This document shows positions 8,825-19,808 of a stretch of 56,481 bases of DNA, in pieces. The stretch comes from Acutalibacteraceae bacterium (GTDB taxonomy: Bacteria > Bacillota > Clostridia > Oscillospirales > Acutalibacteraceae). Made by a program: the position numbers and the translations under genes. The stretch is from NCBI GenBank assembly GCA_045540915.1, contig JAZQID010000129.1, positions 1 to 56,481 on the forward strand, given 5' to 3'. The notes beneath the pieces are model-generated. The model was given only the letters and a program-made list of their open reading frames with translations. It was not told where the DNA came from and searched no databases. How positions within the stretch are numbered: the stretch's first letter is position 1; every line of letters begins with the position of its first letter.

Positions 8825-8876
8825 TTTAGGGAACATTCGTTAATAATATTATAATTACTATTCCCTAAAATGTCAA
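8825..8876 (-). promoter_or_regulatory. Consensus sigma-A promoter of the Fic/Doc gene with an embedded 9-bp inverted repeat (candidate operator)
   Basis: On the minus strand: TTGACA (8871-8876), a 17-nt spacer, then TATAAT (8848-8853). The perfect inverted repeat tttagggaa (8825-8833) / ttccctaaa (8861-8869) brackets the -10 box and start site. AAGGAG SD before the ATG at 8813. Confidence 0.6.
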
Positions 8877-8884
8877 TGTTTATT

Positions 8885-8917
8885 CGCAAAAACGCTCGGT
8901 CTTACAACCGAGCGTTT
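8885..8917 (-). terminator. Intrinsic terminator of the LCP/sortase operon; copy 2 of the 33-bp direct repeat
   Basis: Identical 33-mer to 7839-7871. It lies 15 nt downstream of the LCP gene stop (8933). Confidence 0.8.
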
Positions 8918-8932
8918 GCATATCCAACATTT

Positions 8933-9997
8933 TTACTGCTTGATGTAAAACACGTCGAGCAACATTTCATAGGTCTTGGTATCGTCGAGATACATCTCGG
9001 CGAACTCCTCGCCCTGCACCATCTTTCCCGTCAGGGTGCGGAACTCAAGCTGAGCCCCGCCATCCATAAAGACGGTGGTCAGGTAGGTTATCTTGGACGC
9101 ATCGAGGGTGTTGATGGAATTCTTCGACAGGGCATTATACAAATTCAGCGGCACCGAAATGTCCTGCTTGGTGCGCTCAATGGTCTTCTCTGAAAAGGCC
9201 TTGAGGTAGTTGACCTGACGCTCGAGGCGGTTGGTGCTTGAATTAAGATCGGTCTTATCCCTGAGCAGTATGTAGTCGAGCACGGCATCGCCTTTGAGGG
9301 TGACCTGCTTGCCCGTCGGGTTCCAATTTGCATCGTACTCGGGTACCTCGACGCCCCCGACGATGTTGTTGAGGGTGGCGATATTCTCCCAATCCATACA
9401 GAAATATGTGTTGATATCGATGCCATAGAGCAGGTTGGACACCGTCTGAACGGTGCTTTCACAGCTCTTTTCCTTTCCGTCGCCGTAAGCAAAGGAGAGG
9501 CAGACCTGCATCTTCTTGACCCCGACATATTCCCCCGTAACGCTGTAAAGGCGCACGTCGGTCATAATATCGCGCGAGATGGCGATGACGGTGGTCTTGC
9601 CGTTGGAGGTATCGATAACGGCGAGATAGAGGGCATCGGCTTGTCCGTTCTGACCCGAAACACCGCCAAAATCGCTCTCGTCCTTGCGGTCGGTGCCGAT
9701 GAAAAGCGCGCTGGTCAAATTCTTGTTGTAGGTATAGGTATTGCCCTTATACCTCACGGTCGAGCCGTCCTCATCGATCTCAACGTCGGGCATACTCGGC
9801 ACCTGAGTGGCACCCGTGCCGCTGAGCAGGGACTGCCTGCCGACCAGCCAGAGCACGCCGAAGGTCGCCGACGATATCAACGCCACGCAAAGCAGCACCG
9901 CCACCGCGCCGAACACCGCGCGCTTCCATCCCTTATCAAGCAGGCTTTTCTTCTTGGCGTGCTTAGGGACGTATCTGCTCTCATTGGGTGACTTCAT
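8933..9997 (-). CDS. LytR-CpsA-Psr (LCP) family glycopolymer ligase
   Basis: N-terminal TM, then FIGTDRKD...QADALYLAVIDTSNGKTTVIAISRDIMTDV and NIVGGVEVPE, both typical LCP blocks. It overlaps the srtB 3' end by 17 nt. Confidence 0.8.
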   Translation of the reverse strand: MKSPNESRYVPKHAKKKSLLDKGWKRAVFGAVAVLLCVALISSATFGVLWLVGRQSLLSGTGATQVPSMPDVEIDEDGSTVRYKGNTYTYNKNLTSALFIGTDRKDESDFGGVSGQNGQADALYLAVIDTSNGKTTVIAISRDIMTDVRLYSVTGEYVGVKKMQVCLSFAYGDGKEKSCESTVQTVSNLLYGIDINTYFCMDWENIATLNNIVGGVEVPEYDANWNPTGKQVTLKGDAVLDYILLRDKTDLNSSTNRLERQVNYLKAFSEKTIERTKQDISVPLNLYNALSKNSINTLDASKITYLTTVFMDGGAQLEFRTLTGKMVQGEEFAEMYLDDTKTYEMLLDVFYIKQ

Positions 9998-10757
9998 CTT
10001 TAATCAAAACTCCTTGCACGAGATAGCGGTAACGGGCGTCCGAAATACAGGTGCTCAAGGTAACGATGCGGTCATCGGCGGTCAATTCGACCCCTTCGCG
10101 CACGTTCCTTATCATACTGGTGGGGTTAAGACATTCCTGAAGGTAGTTTTCATACACCACAGGGTCGGAAAAGTCGAAGGCGCTGAGTATCAGGCGGTTG
10201 TCATAGCGGTATGCCGCAAAAATGCGGTAGGTCATAATGTGACCGGGCGTATAGACGTAGAAATACTCGTTGGCCTTGAAGAACTCGGCATCGCGGAAGT
10301 TGTGCAGGGTACGGAACATCGAGCCGTTCCGCATATTGTGGCCGTAGACCACTGTGTTGGGGTCGGAGAAGTCGTAGGAATTTATCCTTTGGATATAAAG
10401 GGAGCCGTTGGCGTTATACTTTTTGTCGGCGCCGCGGTTAAGGTAAAAGTTGTCGTCGTCGGCAGAGCTTTGGAAAATGGGGTAATCGACGTTGGTGTTG
10501 GGTATGGTTATCCAGGCGCAAACGTCGGCGTTGTCGGTCTTGAGGGTAGCAAAGTCGATGGGGTTTTTCCTCAGCTCCTGCTCACCATCGGAAACGGTCT
10601 GGTCGGAAGGAGCCTTATACTTATCGGCATCGAAGCCGTCGGGGCCGAAAAAGGAATACATCAGCATACCCAACGACACGGAAAAAACAAGCACGAAGGC
10701 GACAAGCGCGATCAGCCATCTTTTCTTGGTCATAAACGGCTTTTTATTCTCGGTCAA
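9981..10757 (-). CDS. srtB: Class B sortase
   Basis: DVCAWITIPNTNVDYPIFQSSADDDNFYLNR...NGSLYIQ...TVVYGHNMRNGSMFRTLHNF...IVTLSTC. The catalytic His (YGHNM) and Cys (LSTC) contexts are present. TTG start preceded by GGGAGG. Confidence 0.85.
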   Translation of the reverse strand: MTENKKPFMTKKRWLIALVAFVLVFSVSLGMLMYSFFGPDGFDADKYKAPSDQTVSDGEQELRKNPIDFATLKTDNADVCAWITIPNTNVDYPIFQSSADDDNFYLNRGADKKYNANGSLYIQRINSYDFSDPNTVVYGHNMRNGSMFRTLHNFRDAEFFKANEYFYVYTPGHIMTYRIFAAYRYDNRLILSAFDFSDPVVYENYLQECLNPTSMIRNVREGVELTADDRIVTLSTCISDARYRYLVQGVLIKDEVTQ

Positions 10758-10789
10758 GGTTCATTCCTCCCTTCATAAATTAAAGACAA

Positions 10790-10826
10790 ATCCTATCCAC
10801 AAACCTAAAAGGCTTATGGATAGGAT
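10790..10826 (-). terminator. Hairpin (probable partial terminator) between the surface-protein gene and srtB
   Basis: 10-bp stem atcctatcca/tggataggat with a 17-nt loop, followed on the minus strand by tttgtcttt. No promoter is visible between it and srtB, so srtB probably depends on read-through. Confidence 0.4.
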
Positions 10827-10860
10827 CTTACAAACGATATTAAGTACCCGAAGCCTGGAA

Positions 10861-11364
10861 TTAGGCAGCGATCTTCTTAGAAGCTACGCCAACACCTGCA
10901 AGAGAAAGGGTGCAAACAAAAGCGATCAGAGCAACGCTGGCGCCGGTCTTCGGAGCCTCTTCGCTCATATCACCGGTCTTAGGATCGGTGAGCTTGTTGT
11001 TGTAGTTAGCGCAGATGACGATGTCGGTCAAGGGCTTAACGGTCAGAGCAGCATCCTTAAGAGTGCCGGTAACTACGGTGTAGTCGGTGCCTGCAACGGC
11101 CTCAACATACTTGGCAGCGTCGCCGGTGCCGACGACCTTGTAGATCTTCCAGTTGTTGAAGGTGCCGACGGAAGCGTCGGTCTTAACGGAAACGGAGCCA
11201 CCCTCGTTAACGGTGACCTGAGTCTTGTCAGAGCCGTCGATGTCAGCCTTCTGAACGGAGACGTTGATAACCTTCTCGGCGTTCGGACTATCGGCAGCGA
11301 AAGCCATAGCGGGAACGGCACAAACAACAAGAACAGCAATAACCAAAGCAATTAACTTTTTCAT
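10861..11364 (-). CDS. Cell-wall-anchored surface protein with an APKTG sorting signal (likely SrtB substrate)
   Basis: Signal peptide MKKLIALVIAVLVVCAVPAMAFA. The C-terminus is APKTG (codons 10942-10956), a 20-residue hydrophobic stretch, then SKKIAA. A second DPKTG lies 9 residues upstream. Confidence 0.7.
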   Translation of the reverse strand: MKKLIALVIAVLVVCAVPAMAFAADSPNAEKVINVSVQKADIDGSDKTQVTVNEGGSVSVKTDASVGTFNNWKIYKVVGTGDAAKYVEAVAGTDYTVVTGTLKDAALTVKPLTDIVICANYNNKLTDPKTGDMSEEAPKTGASVALIAFVCTLSLAGVGVASKKIAA

Positions 11365-11397
11365 TATAATTTTCCTCCTATAAATATGGTCTTCATC

Positions 11398-11426
11398 ATT
11401 ATAACACGCATTATTTCAAAAATCAA
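11398..11426 (-). promoter_or_regulatory. Strong sigma-A promoter of the surface-protein gene
   Basis: On the minus strand: TTGATT (11421-11426), a 17-nt spacer, then TGtTATAAT (extended -10; hexamer 11398-11403). GGAGGA SD before the ATG at 11364. Confidence 0.55.
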
Positions 11427-11455
11427 GAGTAATATTGAAAATTTGCCTGACCCTT

Positions 11456-12373
11456 TTACATATATACCCATTCCGAGCCATCCTTGAGGCAGCGGATCAG
11501 CTGCTCGTTGTCGTTATAGTACAAAATGTACTTATCCCACACGCTTATTTGGTGGGCGGTACCGCCCTGCACCTCGACGTCACGAATCTGCGGTTTTTCA
11601 TCCTTGAGGTTGTAGGTGTGCAGTCCCTTTTCGTCGGTGAAGACCAGCACGCCGTCCTCGGTGATGTTGAAGTCCTCGACGGGAAAATAGGTACCCTTGC
11701 TCGCGGCGTTGCCCGATGCCACCGAATAGAGCATACCGTCACGCTTATAGAAGATATAGGCGTCGTACCGCATAAAGCTGTCCACCTTTTCGGCGAAGAA
11801 CTTTTCGACCTTGGTGCCGTCGGTACGTGCGGTATGCAGATATCCGTTCGGATCTGTGTAGAGCACCGCGTTTGAAGCGACAAGGAACTGCTTGACCTTC
11901 AGGCCGAGGCTGACCTCCTTGCTGTTGAGGAGTGAAAACTTCCTGAGCACGCCATCCTCGCGGGTAAAAAAGGCCCAGTTGCCGCTGACCGCAAGGTCGA
12001 CTGCACCTGAAAAGAGCAGACGTTTTTCCTCGCCGTTATAGTTAGAATAGTAGACCTCGCCGTTCTCCCTGCGGTAGACCAGTCCGCTTCCGTAGGGGAA
12101 AAGGCTATCGGCCTTCTCGTCGATGCGGTAGGTATTGGGGGACGAAAGGCAATATAAAATTCCCTTGCCGTTGACAAAGTAGAGCATGCTTCCGTCAGAC
12201 GATACCACGCCGCCGTTATACTGATTTCCGTAGGTGGTGGTCGGCTCGGTCGCAGGGGTATCGAGCGGAATTGCTATAACCGCGCCCACCACTATCGCGG
12301 CGGCAAGCACCAACACTATTATCGGAAAAAGTGCTTTTATTTTTCTGTTTCGGAACATAAAAACGACCTCCAA
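11456..12373 (-). CDS. Membrane-anchored repeat (DUF5050-like, beta-propeller-like) protein
   Basis: One N-terminal TM (ALFPIIVLVLAAAIVVGAVIAI), then repeated G.LY(Y/F)...DG motifs. It is divergent from lexA across a 152-bp spacer. Confidence 0.45.
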   Translation of the reverse strand: MEVVFMFRNRKIKALFPIIVLVLAAAIVVGAVIAIPLDTPATEPTTTYGNQYNGGVVSSDGSMLYFVNGKGILYCLSSPNTYRIDEKADSLFPYGSGLVYRRENGEVYYSNYNGEEKRLLFSGAVDLAVSGNWAFFTREDGVLRKFSLLNSKEVSLGLKVKQFLVASNAVLYTDPNGYLHTARTDGTKVEKFFAEKVDSFMRYDAYIFYKRDGMLYSVASGNAASKGTYFPVEDFNITEDGVLVFTDEKGLHTYNLKDEKPQIRDVEVQGGTAHQISVWDKYILYYNDNEQLIRCLKDGSEWVYM

Positions 12374-12456
12374 AGGCTCTTTCAGCCTGTCCTTAGACCA
12401 TAATATCGCAATCCCAAAGTTTTGTCAATTCCCCTCTTCCAATGTGGCGGCAAATA

Positions 12457-12501
12457 TGGTATAATGTCAAGGAACAGACCTCGCACGACCCAAACTGTTC
12501 C
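12457..12501 (+). promoter_or_regulatory. lexA promoter (extended -10) with an adjacent GGAACAG-N17-CTGTTCC inverted repeat
   Basis: TGgTATAAT at 12457-12465. A 7-bp perfect inverted repeat lies at 12471-12477 / 12495-12501 and contains GAAC and GTTC half-sites, but with 21 nt between them rather than 4. Confidence 0.4.
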
Positions 12502-12525
12502 AATATTCAGAGGGAGGAATGACCT

Positions 12526-13116
12526 ATGGAGTTAAAGCCCAATCAGCAAAAGGTGTTCGACTACCTGCGTCAACGCGCAGGGGATGCCGTACCTCCTACC
12601 GTGCGCGAGATATGCTCTGCGACCGGCATTCGCTCAACCTCTACCGTCTTCAACGTGCTGACCGCACTTGAAGAGTTGGGACTCATTATCCGCGACAACG
12701 GCTCCTCCCGTTCGGTGCGCATCGCCTCTGCCGCATCAAGCGTCAGCGTGCCATTGGTGGGCGAGGTAGCGGCGGGCATTCCCATTCTCGCTCAGGAAAA
12801 TATCGAGCAATACATTCCCCTACCCTCCGATATCTCAAGGGGCAGAGAGATATTTGCCCTTCGGGTAAAGGGTATGTCGATGATGAACGCGGGCATACTT
12901 GACGGAGACATCGTCTATGCCGAGCGGTGCCAAAGTGCCGAAAAGGGCGAGATAGTGGTGGCTCTCATCGGGGATGAGGCAACCGTCAAGCGATTGGATT
13001 TCCTAAGTGACGGCAGGGTCGCCCTGATGCCCGAGAATGACGCATTCGAGCCCATCATACCCGACGAGGTTACTATTCTCGGCCGTTTGGTCGCCAGCTT
13101 CCGCAAGTACGACTGA
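12526..13116 (+). CDS. lexA: LexA repressor
   Basis: N-terminal winged HTH (VREICSATGIRSTSTVFNVLTALEELGLI). The cleavage/peptidase domain has VAAG, the GMSM catalytic Ser context and the VKRL Lys context. GGAGGA SD. Confidence 0.9.
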   Translation: MELKPNQQKVFDYLRQRAGDAVPPTVREICSATGIRSTSTVFNVLTALEELGLIIRDNGSSRSVRIASAASSVSVPLVGEVAAGIPILAQENIEQYIPLPSDISRGREIFALRVKGMSMMNAGILDGDIVYAERCQSAEKGEIVVALIGDEATVKRLDFLSDGRVALMPENDAFEPIIPDEVTILGRLVASFRKYD

Positions 13117-13137
13117 TTTTGAGAAAGAGGCAGTAAT

Positions 13138-13482
13138 ATGGATTTCGGCGCTTTAATTATATTGGGAATATGGGCCTTCTTCGTCGTCGCCTATATTGTC
13201 GCACGCACCCTTTGGCCCAATCTTGCCAAGGGCACTCGGCGCATCAGCAAGATAAAGAATATAACCAAGTACGACGAAAACGGATTTGATAAAAACGGAT
13301 TTTCAGCCCTCGGCTTTCACCGCAACGGCACCCGCTACGACGACAACGGATATGACCGCTTCGGCAATCCGCGTCCTGCCGGTGAGCGCACCGATCTGCG
13401 TATTCACGAGCCGGTTGAGGACTCCGGATTTAATTTTGAAGAGACTGAAAAGCAGGACGACAAACTGTTTTCGGAAGATTAA
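13138..13482 (+). CDS. Small single-TM protein with NG(F/Y)D-type repeats, co-transcribed with lexA
   Basis: ATG 21 nt after the lexA stop. TM helix ALIILGIWAFFVVAYIVA is followed by a basic stretch (KGTRRISKIK). Repeats: YDENGFD, KNGFS, HRNGTRYD, DNGYDRFGN. Acidic tail. Confidence 0.6.
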   Translation: MDFGALIILGIWAFFVVAYIVARTLWPNLAKGTRRISKIKNITKYDENGFDKNGFSALGFHRNGTRYDDNGYDRFGNPRPAGERTDLRIHEPVEDSGFNFEETEKQDDKLFSED

Positions 13483-13485
13483 AAC

Positions 13486-13521
13486 AAAAAGCGGAGAATG
13501 TTGAACATTCTCCGTTTTTTC
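13486..13521. terminator. Bidirectional intrinsic terminator
   Basis: aaaaa-gcggagaatgt-tgaa-cattctccg-tttttt, between the convergent genes 13138..13482 (+) and 13521..14063 (-). Confidence 0.8.
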
Positions 13522-14063
13522 TATGCCTCTTGTGCAGTTGTTTCTTTCCGAGCCTTTCTTCGCCTGACGGCTTGGATAACTGCAACCAGCAGGCAACCTG
13601 CTATAAATCCGCCGATATCCATCCATATATCCCCCATACTGCTTGTTCTCTTACTGAAAACTTGTATCGTTTCGTCCACTAATGGCACGAAGGCGGCCAC
13701 CAAAAGCAGTCGCTTGGCCTTTTCAAGCCAGCTTTCGTCATATCGGCAGAGCAACAGGCATATCACGCCCAGCGTAAGATACTCAAGTATATGCGCCGAC
13801 TTCCTTACGACACCCCGTATCACAGGCGTATTCTCGTTTGAGTCAAGAGTGTCCCTGATGACAGGGTTGGTATTGCCGACCGTCTCGCCCGACGGCTTGG
13901 AGGATGCGGATGACGAGGTGTCCGACCCGTCATCACCCATCGCACTCTCCACCCCGAATATCAGAAGATCACTGATACTGTGGGACTGCTGACCGCTCAA
14001 AGCAGAGTTGCCCCAAATGAATATGAGGTTGAGTGCCAACAGTATATATAATATCCTTCTCAT
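13521..14063 (-). CDS. VanZ-like family membrane protein
   Basis: About four TM segments. The RKSAHILEYLTLGVI block is typical of VanZ-like proteins. Confidence 0.6.
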   Translation of the reverse strand: MRRILYILLALNLIFIWGNSALSGQQSHSISDLLIFGVESAMGDDGSDTSSSASSKPSGETVGNTNPVIRDTLDSNENTPVIRGVVRKSAHILEYLTLGVICLLLCRYDESWLEKAKRLLLVAAFVPLVDETIQVFSKRTSSMGDIWMDIGGFIAGCLLVAVIQAVRRRKARKETTAQEA

Positions 14064-14066
14064 CGG

Positions 14067-18324
<4,258 letters not shown>

Positions 18325-18337
18325 TCTTCCAATCCTT

Positions 18338-19054
18338 TCAGACAATGATGCCTCCGTCGACCGACAGCACCTGTCCTGTGATAAAAGCGGAGCCGTCATC
18401 CGCCAAAAACTCAATAGCCTTTGCCACCTCGTCGGCCTTGCCGATACGGCACAAGGGGGTCTCCTCGGCAAGAGCCGCCATATCGTCGGCGCTCAGATGG
18501 GCGTTCATATCGGTCTCGATGACACCGGGGGCAACGCAGTTGACCCGTATGTCCGAAGGGCCGACCTCTTTGGCGAGCGCCTTGGTCATTCCGATAAGAG
18601 CCGCCTTGGTGGCCGAATAATGCACCTCGCAGGAGCCGCCGCTGACACCCCACATCGACGAGACGAAAATTATATTGCCGCTTTTTCTTTTAATCATATC
18701 GGGTAGCACCGCACGGGTGGCGTAGAAGGCGCCGTTGACGTTGACGTCAAAGATGTTCTTCCACTCCTCGTCGGTTATATCGGTAAACAACCTTTGGGAT
18801 GCGACGCCGACGTTATTGACCAGCAGGTCGATGTGTCCGAAACGCTTTTGCAGGTCGCTGACCATATCGGCCACCGCCTTTGAGTCAGATACGTCAACCT
18901 TATACGCAACGGCACCGGTCGCCGAACTGACCTCATTGGCCGCCGACTCATTTTCGCGGTAGCAAAAAGCCACCTGCCAGCCATTTTTGGCAAGCAGTTC
19001 AACTGTGGCGCGGCCTATTCCGCGCGAGCCGCCCGTAACCAAAGCCGTCTTCAT
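18338..19054 (-). CDS. SDR-family oxidoreductase (FabG-like 3-oxoacyl reductase fold)
   Basis: TGGSRGIG cofactor motif, NNVG, and the catalytic YSATKAA (YxxxK). Confidence 0.85.
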   Translation of the reverse strand: MKTALVTGGSRGIGRATVELLAKNGWQVAFCYRENESAANEVSSATGAVAYKVDVSDSKAVADMVSDLQKRFGHIDLLVNNVGVASQRLFTDITDEEWKNIFDVNVNGAFYATRAVLPDMIKRKSGNIIFVSSMWGVSGGSCEVHYSATKAALIGMTKALAKEVGPSDIRVNCVAPGVIETDMNAHLSADDMAALAEETPLCRIGKADEVAKAIEFLADDGSAFITGQVLSVDGGIIV

Positions 19055-19216
19055 GCATCATCACCCCGTTTTTCGCATAAATATCCTCTTAAATTATACA
19101 ACCGCGCCCGATAAATTGCAATACTGTCTTTTGTGTGCGCAGGCAACCCCGACAGGTCGAAAAAATGAGAAAAAACAACTTTTTGTAGTTTGAAATCATT
19201 TCACACCAAAATTTAT

Positions 19217-19379
19217 TTTTCAACACTCTGTATGTTAACATAACGTTAACAAATAACTCATTTTCGCCCATATTCGACCTAAAAATCCCTTGATTATAAA
19301 GGGTTTTTCACATTTTCAACTGAGTTTTCAACAATTATTATGTCAACACTTCGCTATACAAACTGTATTATTTTCAATT
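19217..19379. promoter_or_regulatory. Cluster of TTTTCAAC(A)-type direct repeats plus a TGTTAAC-N5-GTTAACA palindrome in an AT-rich divergent intergenic region
   Basis: TTTTCAACA at 19217 and 19325, TTTTCAACT at 19313, ATGTCAACA at 19339, TTTTCAATT at 19371, and the TTTTCACA variant at 19305. The palindrome is at 19233-19251. Confidence 0.3.
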
Positions 19380-19481
19380 TTTCCGTTTGATTTACATAAA
19401 ACATAATATGTGAATATTTGGTGGATTATTTGACAATAATAGCGTTTGTCAGGTTAAATTTGTGCAAACGGAGGCTTGGGT

Positions 19482-19763
19482 ATGATAAGAGGAGTAAATC
19501 GGCAGATAATTGAGGTCAACGACACCCAAAACGAGTACTTTGAGAGGGCCATTTTCTTCGTGCGACCCGAGTGCTCCGATGAAAGCCAGCGCAAGCTGCA
19601 TTCGCAGGCGGTGCAATACACCGAAAGCCAGACTTATATTCCGCAAAAGGCGACGGCCAAAAAGAAAAAGTATCTCGTCAGCCGAAGAGCATTATGGCTT
19701 ATGCTTGTCATTACGACCACCGCGACCATCGTGTTAAGCGTTATGCAGTTTATGGGAAGATAG
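19482..19763 (+). CDS. Small conserved-looking hypothetical membrane protein
   Basis: ATG at 19482 is preceded by acGGAGG with 7-nt spacing; the track starts at the TTG at 19476. Sequence MIRGVNRQIIEVNDTQNEYFERAIFFVRPE..., with C-terminal TM helix LWLMLVITTTATIVLSVMQF. Confidence 0.5.
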   Translation: MIRGVNRQIIEVNDTQNEYFERAIFFVRPECSDESQRKLHSQAVQYTESQTYIPQKATAKKKKYLVSRRALWLMLVITTTATIVLSVMQFMGR

Positions 19764-19764
19764 G

Positions 19765-19798
19765 AAAAACGGCAGTCCGCTTTTGGACTGCCGTTTTT
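19765..19798. terminator. Bidirectional intrinsic terminator
   Basis: aaaaa-cggcagtcc-gctttt-ggactgccg-ttttt, between convergent genes. Confidence 0.85.
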
Positions 19799-19808
19799 GT
19801 GAATTACA

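Noticed and set aside
9807-10778. 323-aa plus-strand ORF over the LCP/srtB genes (and similarly 14235..15245 over lacZ, 17182..17985 over alr, 45260..46120 over rnfD)
   Set aside because: All are antisense to genes with strong family motifs, and none has recognisable motifs of its own. Long shadow ORFs are expected in GC-rich coding DNA.
12374-12525. Search for a canonical Cheo/LexA box (GAAC-N4-GTTC) upstream of lexA
   Set aside because: I found none by eye. Only the wide-spaced GGAACAG-N17-CTGTTCC repeat is present, and I report it as a hypothesis rather than as a LexA box.
18325-18471. 49-codon N-terminal extension of alr in the ORF track
   Set aside because: It overlaps the 3' end of the SDR gene and translates to a Pro/Arg/Cys-rich sequence. 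The conserved alanine racemase N-terminus begins at the ATG at 18324.
19217-19429. TTTTCAACA/TTTTCACA repeats and TAATCCACC, considered as DnaA boxes or an oriC-like region
   Set aside because: No perfect TTATCCACA box is present, no dnaA/dnaN is nearby, and gene orientation does not switch here. I kept the repeats only as a possible regulator-binding cluster.
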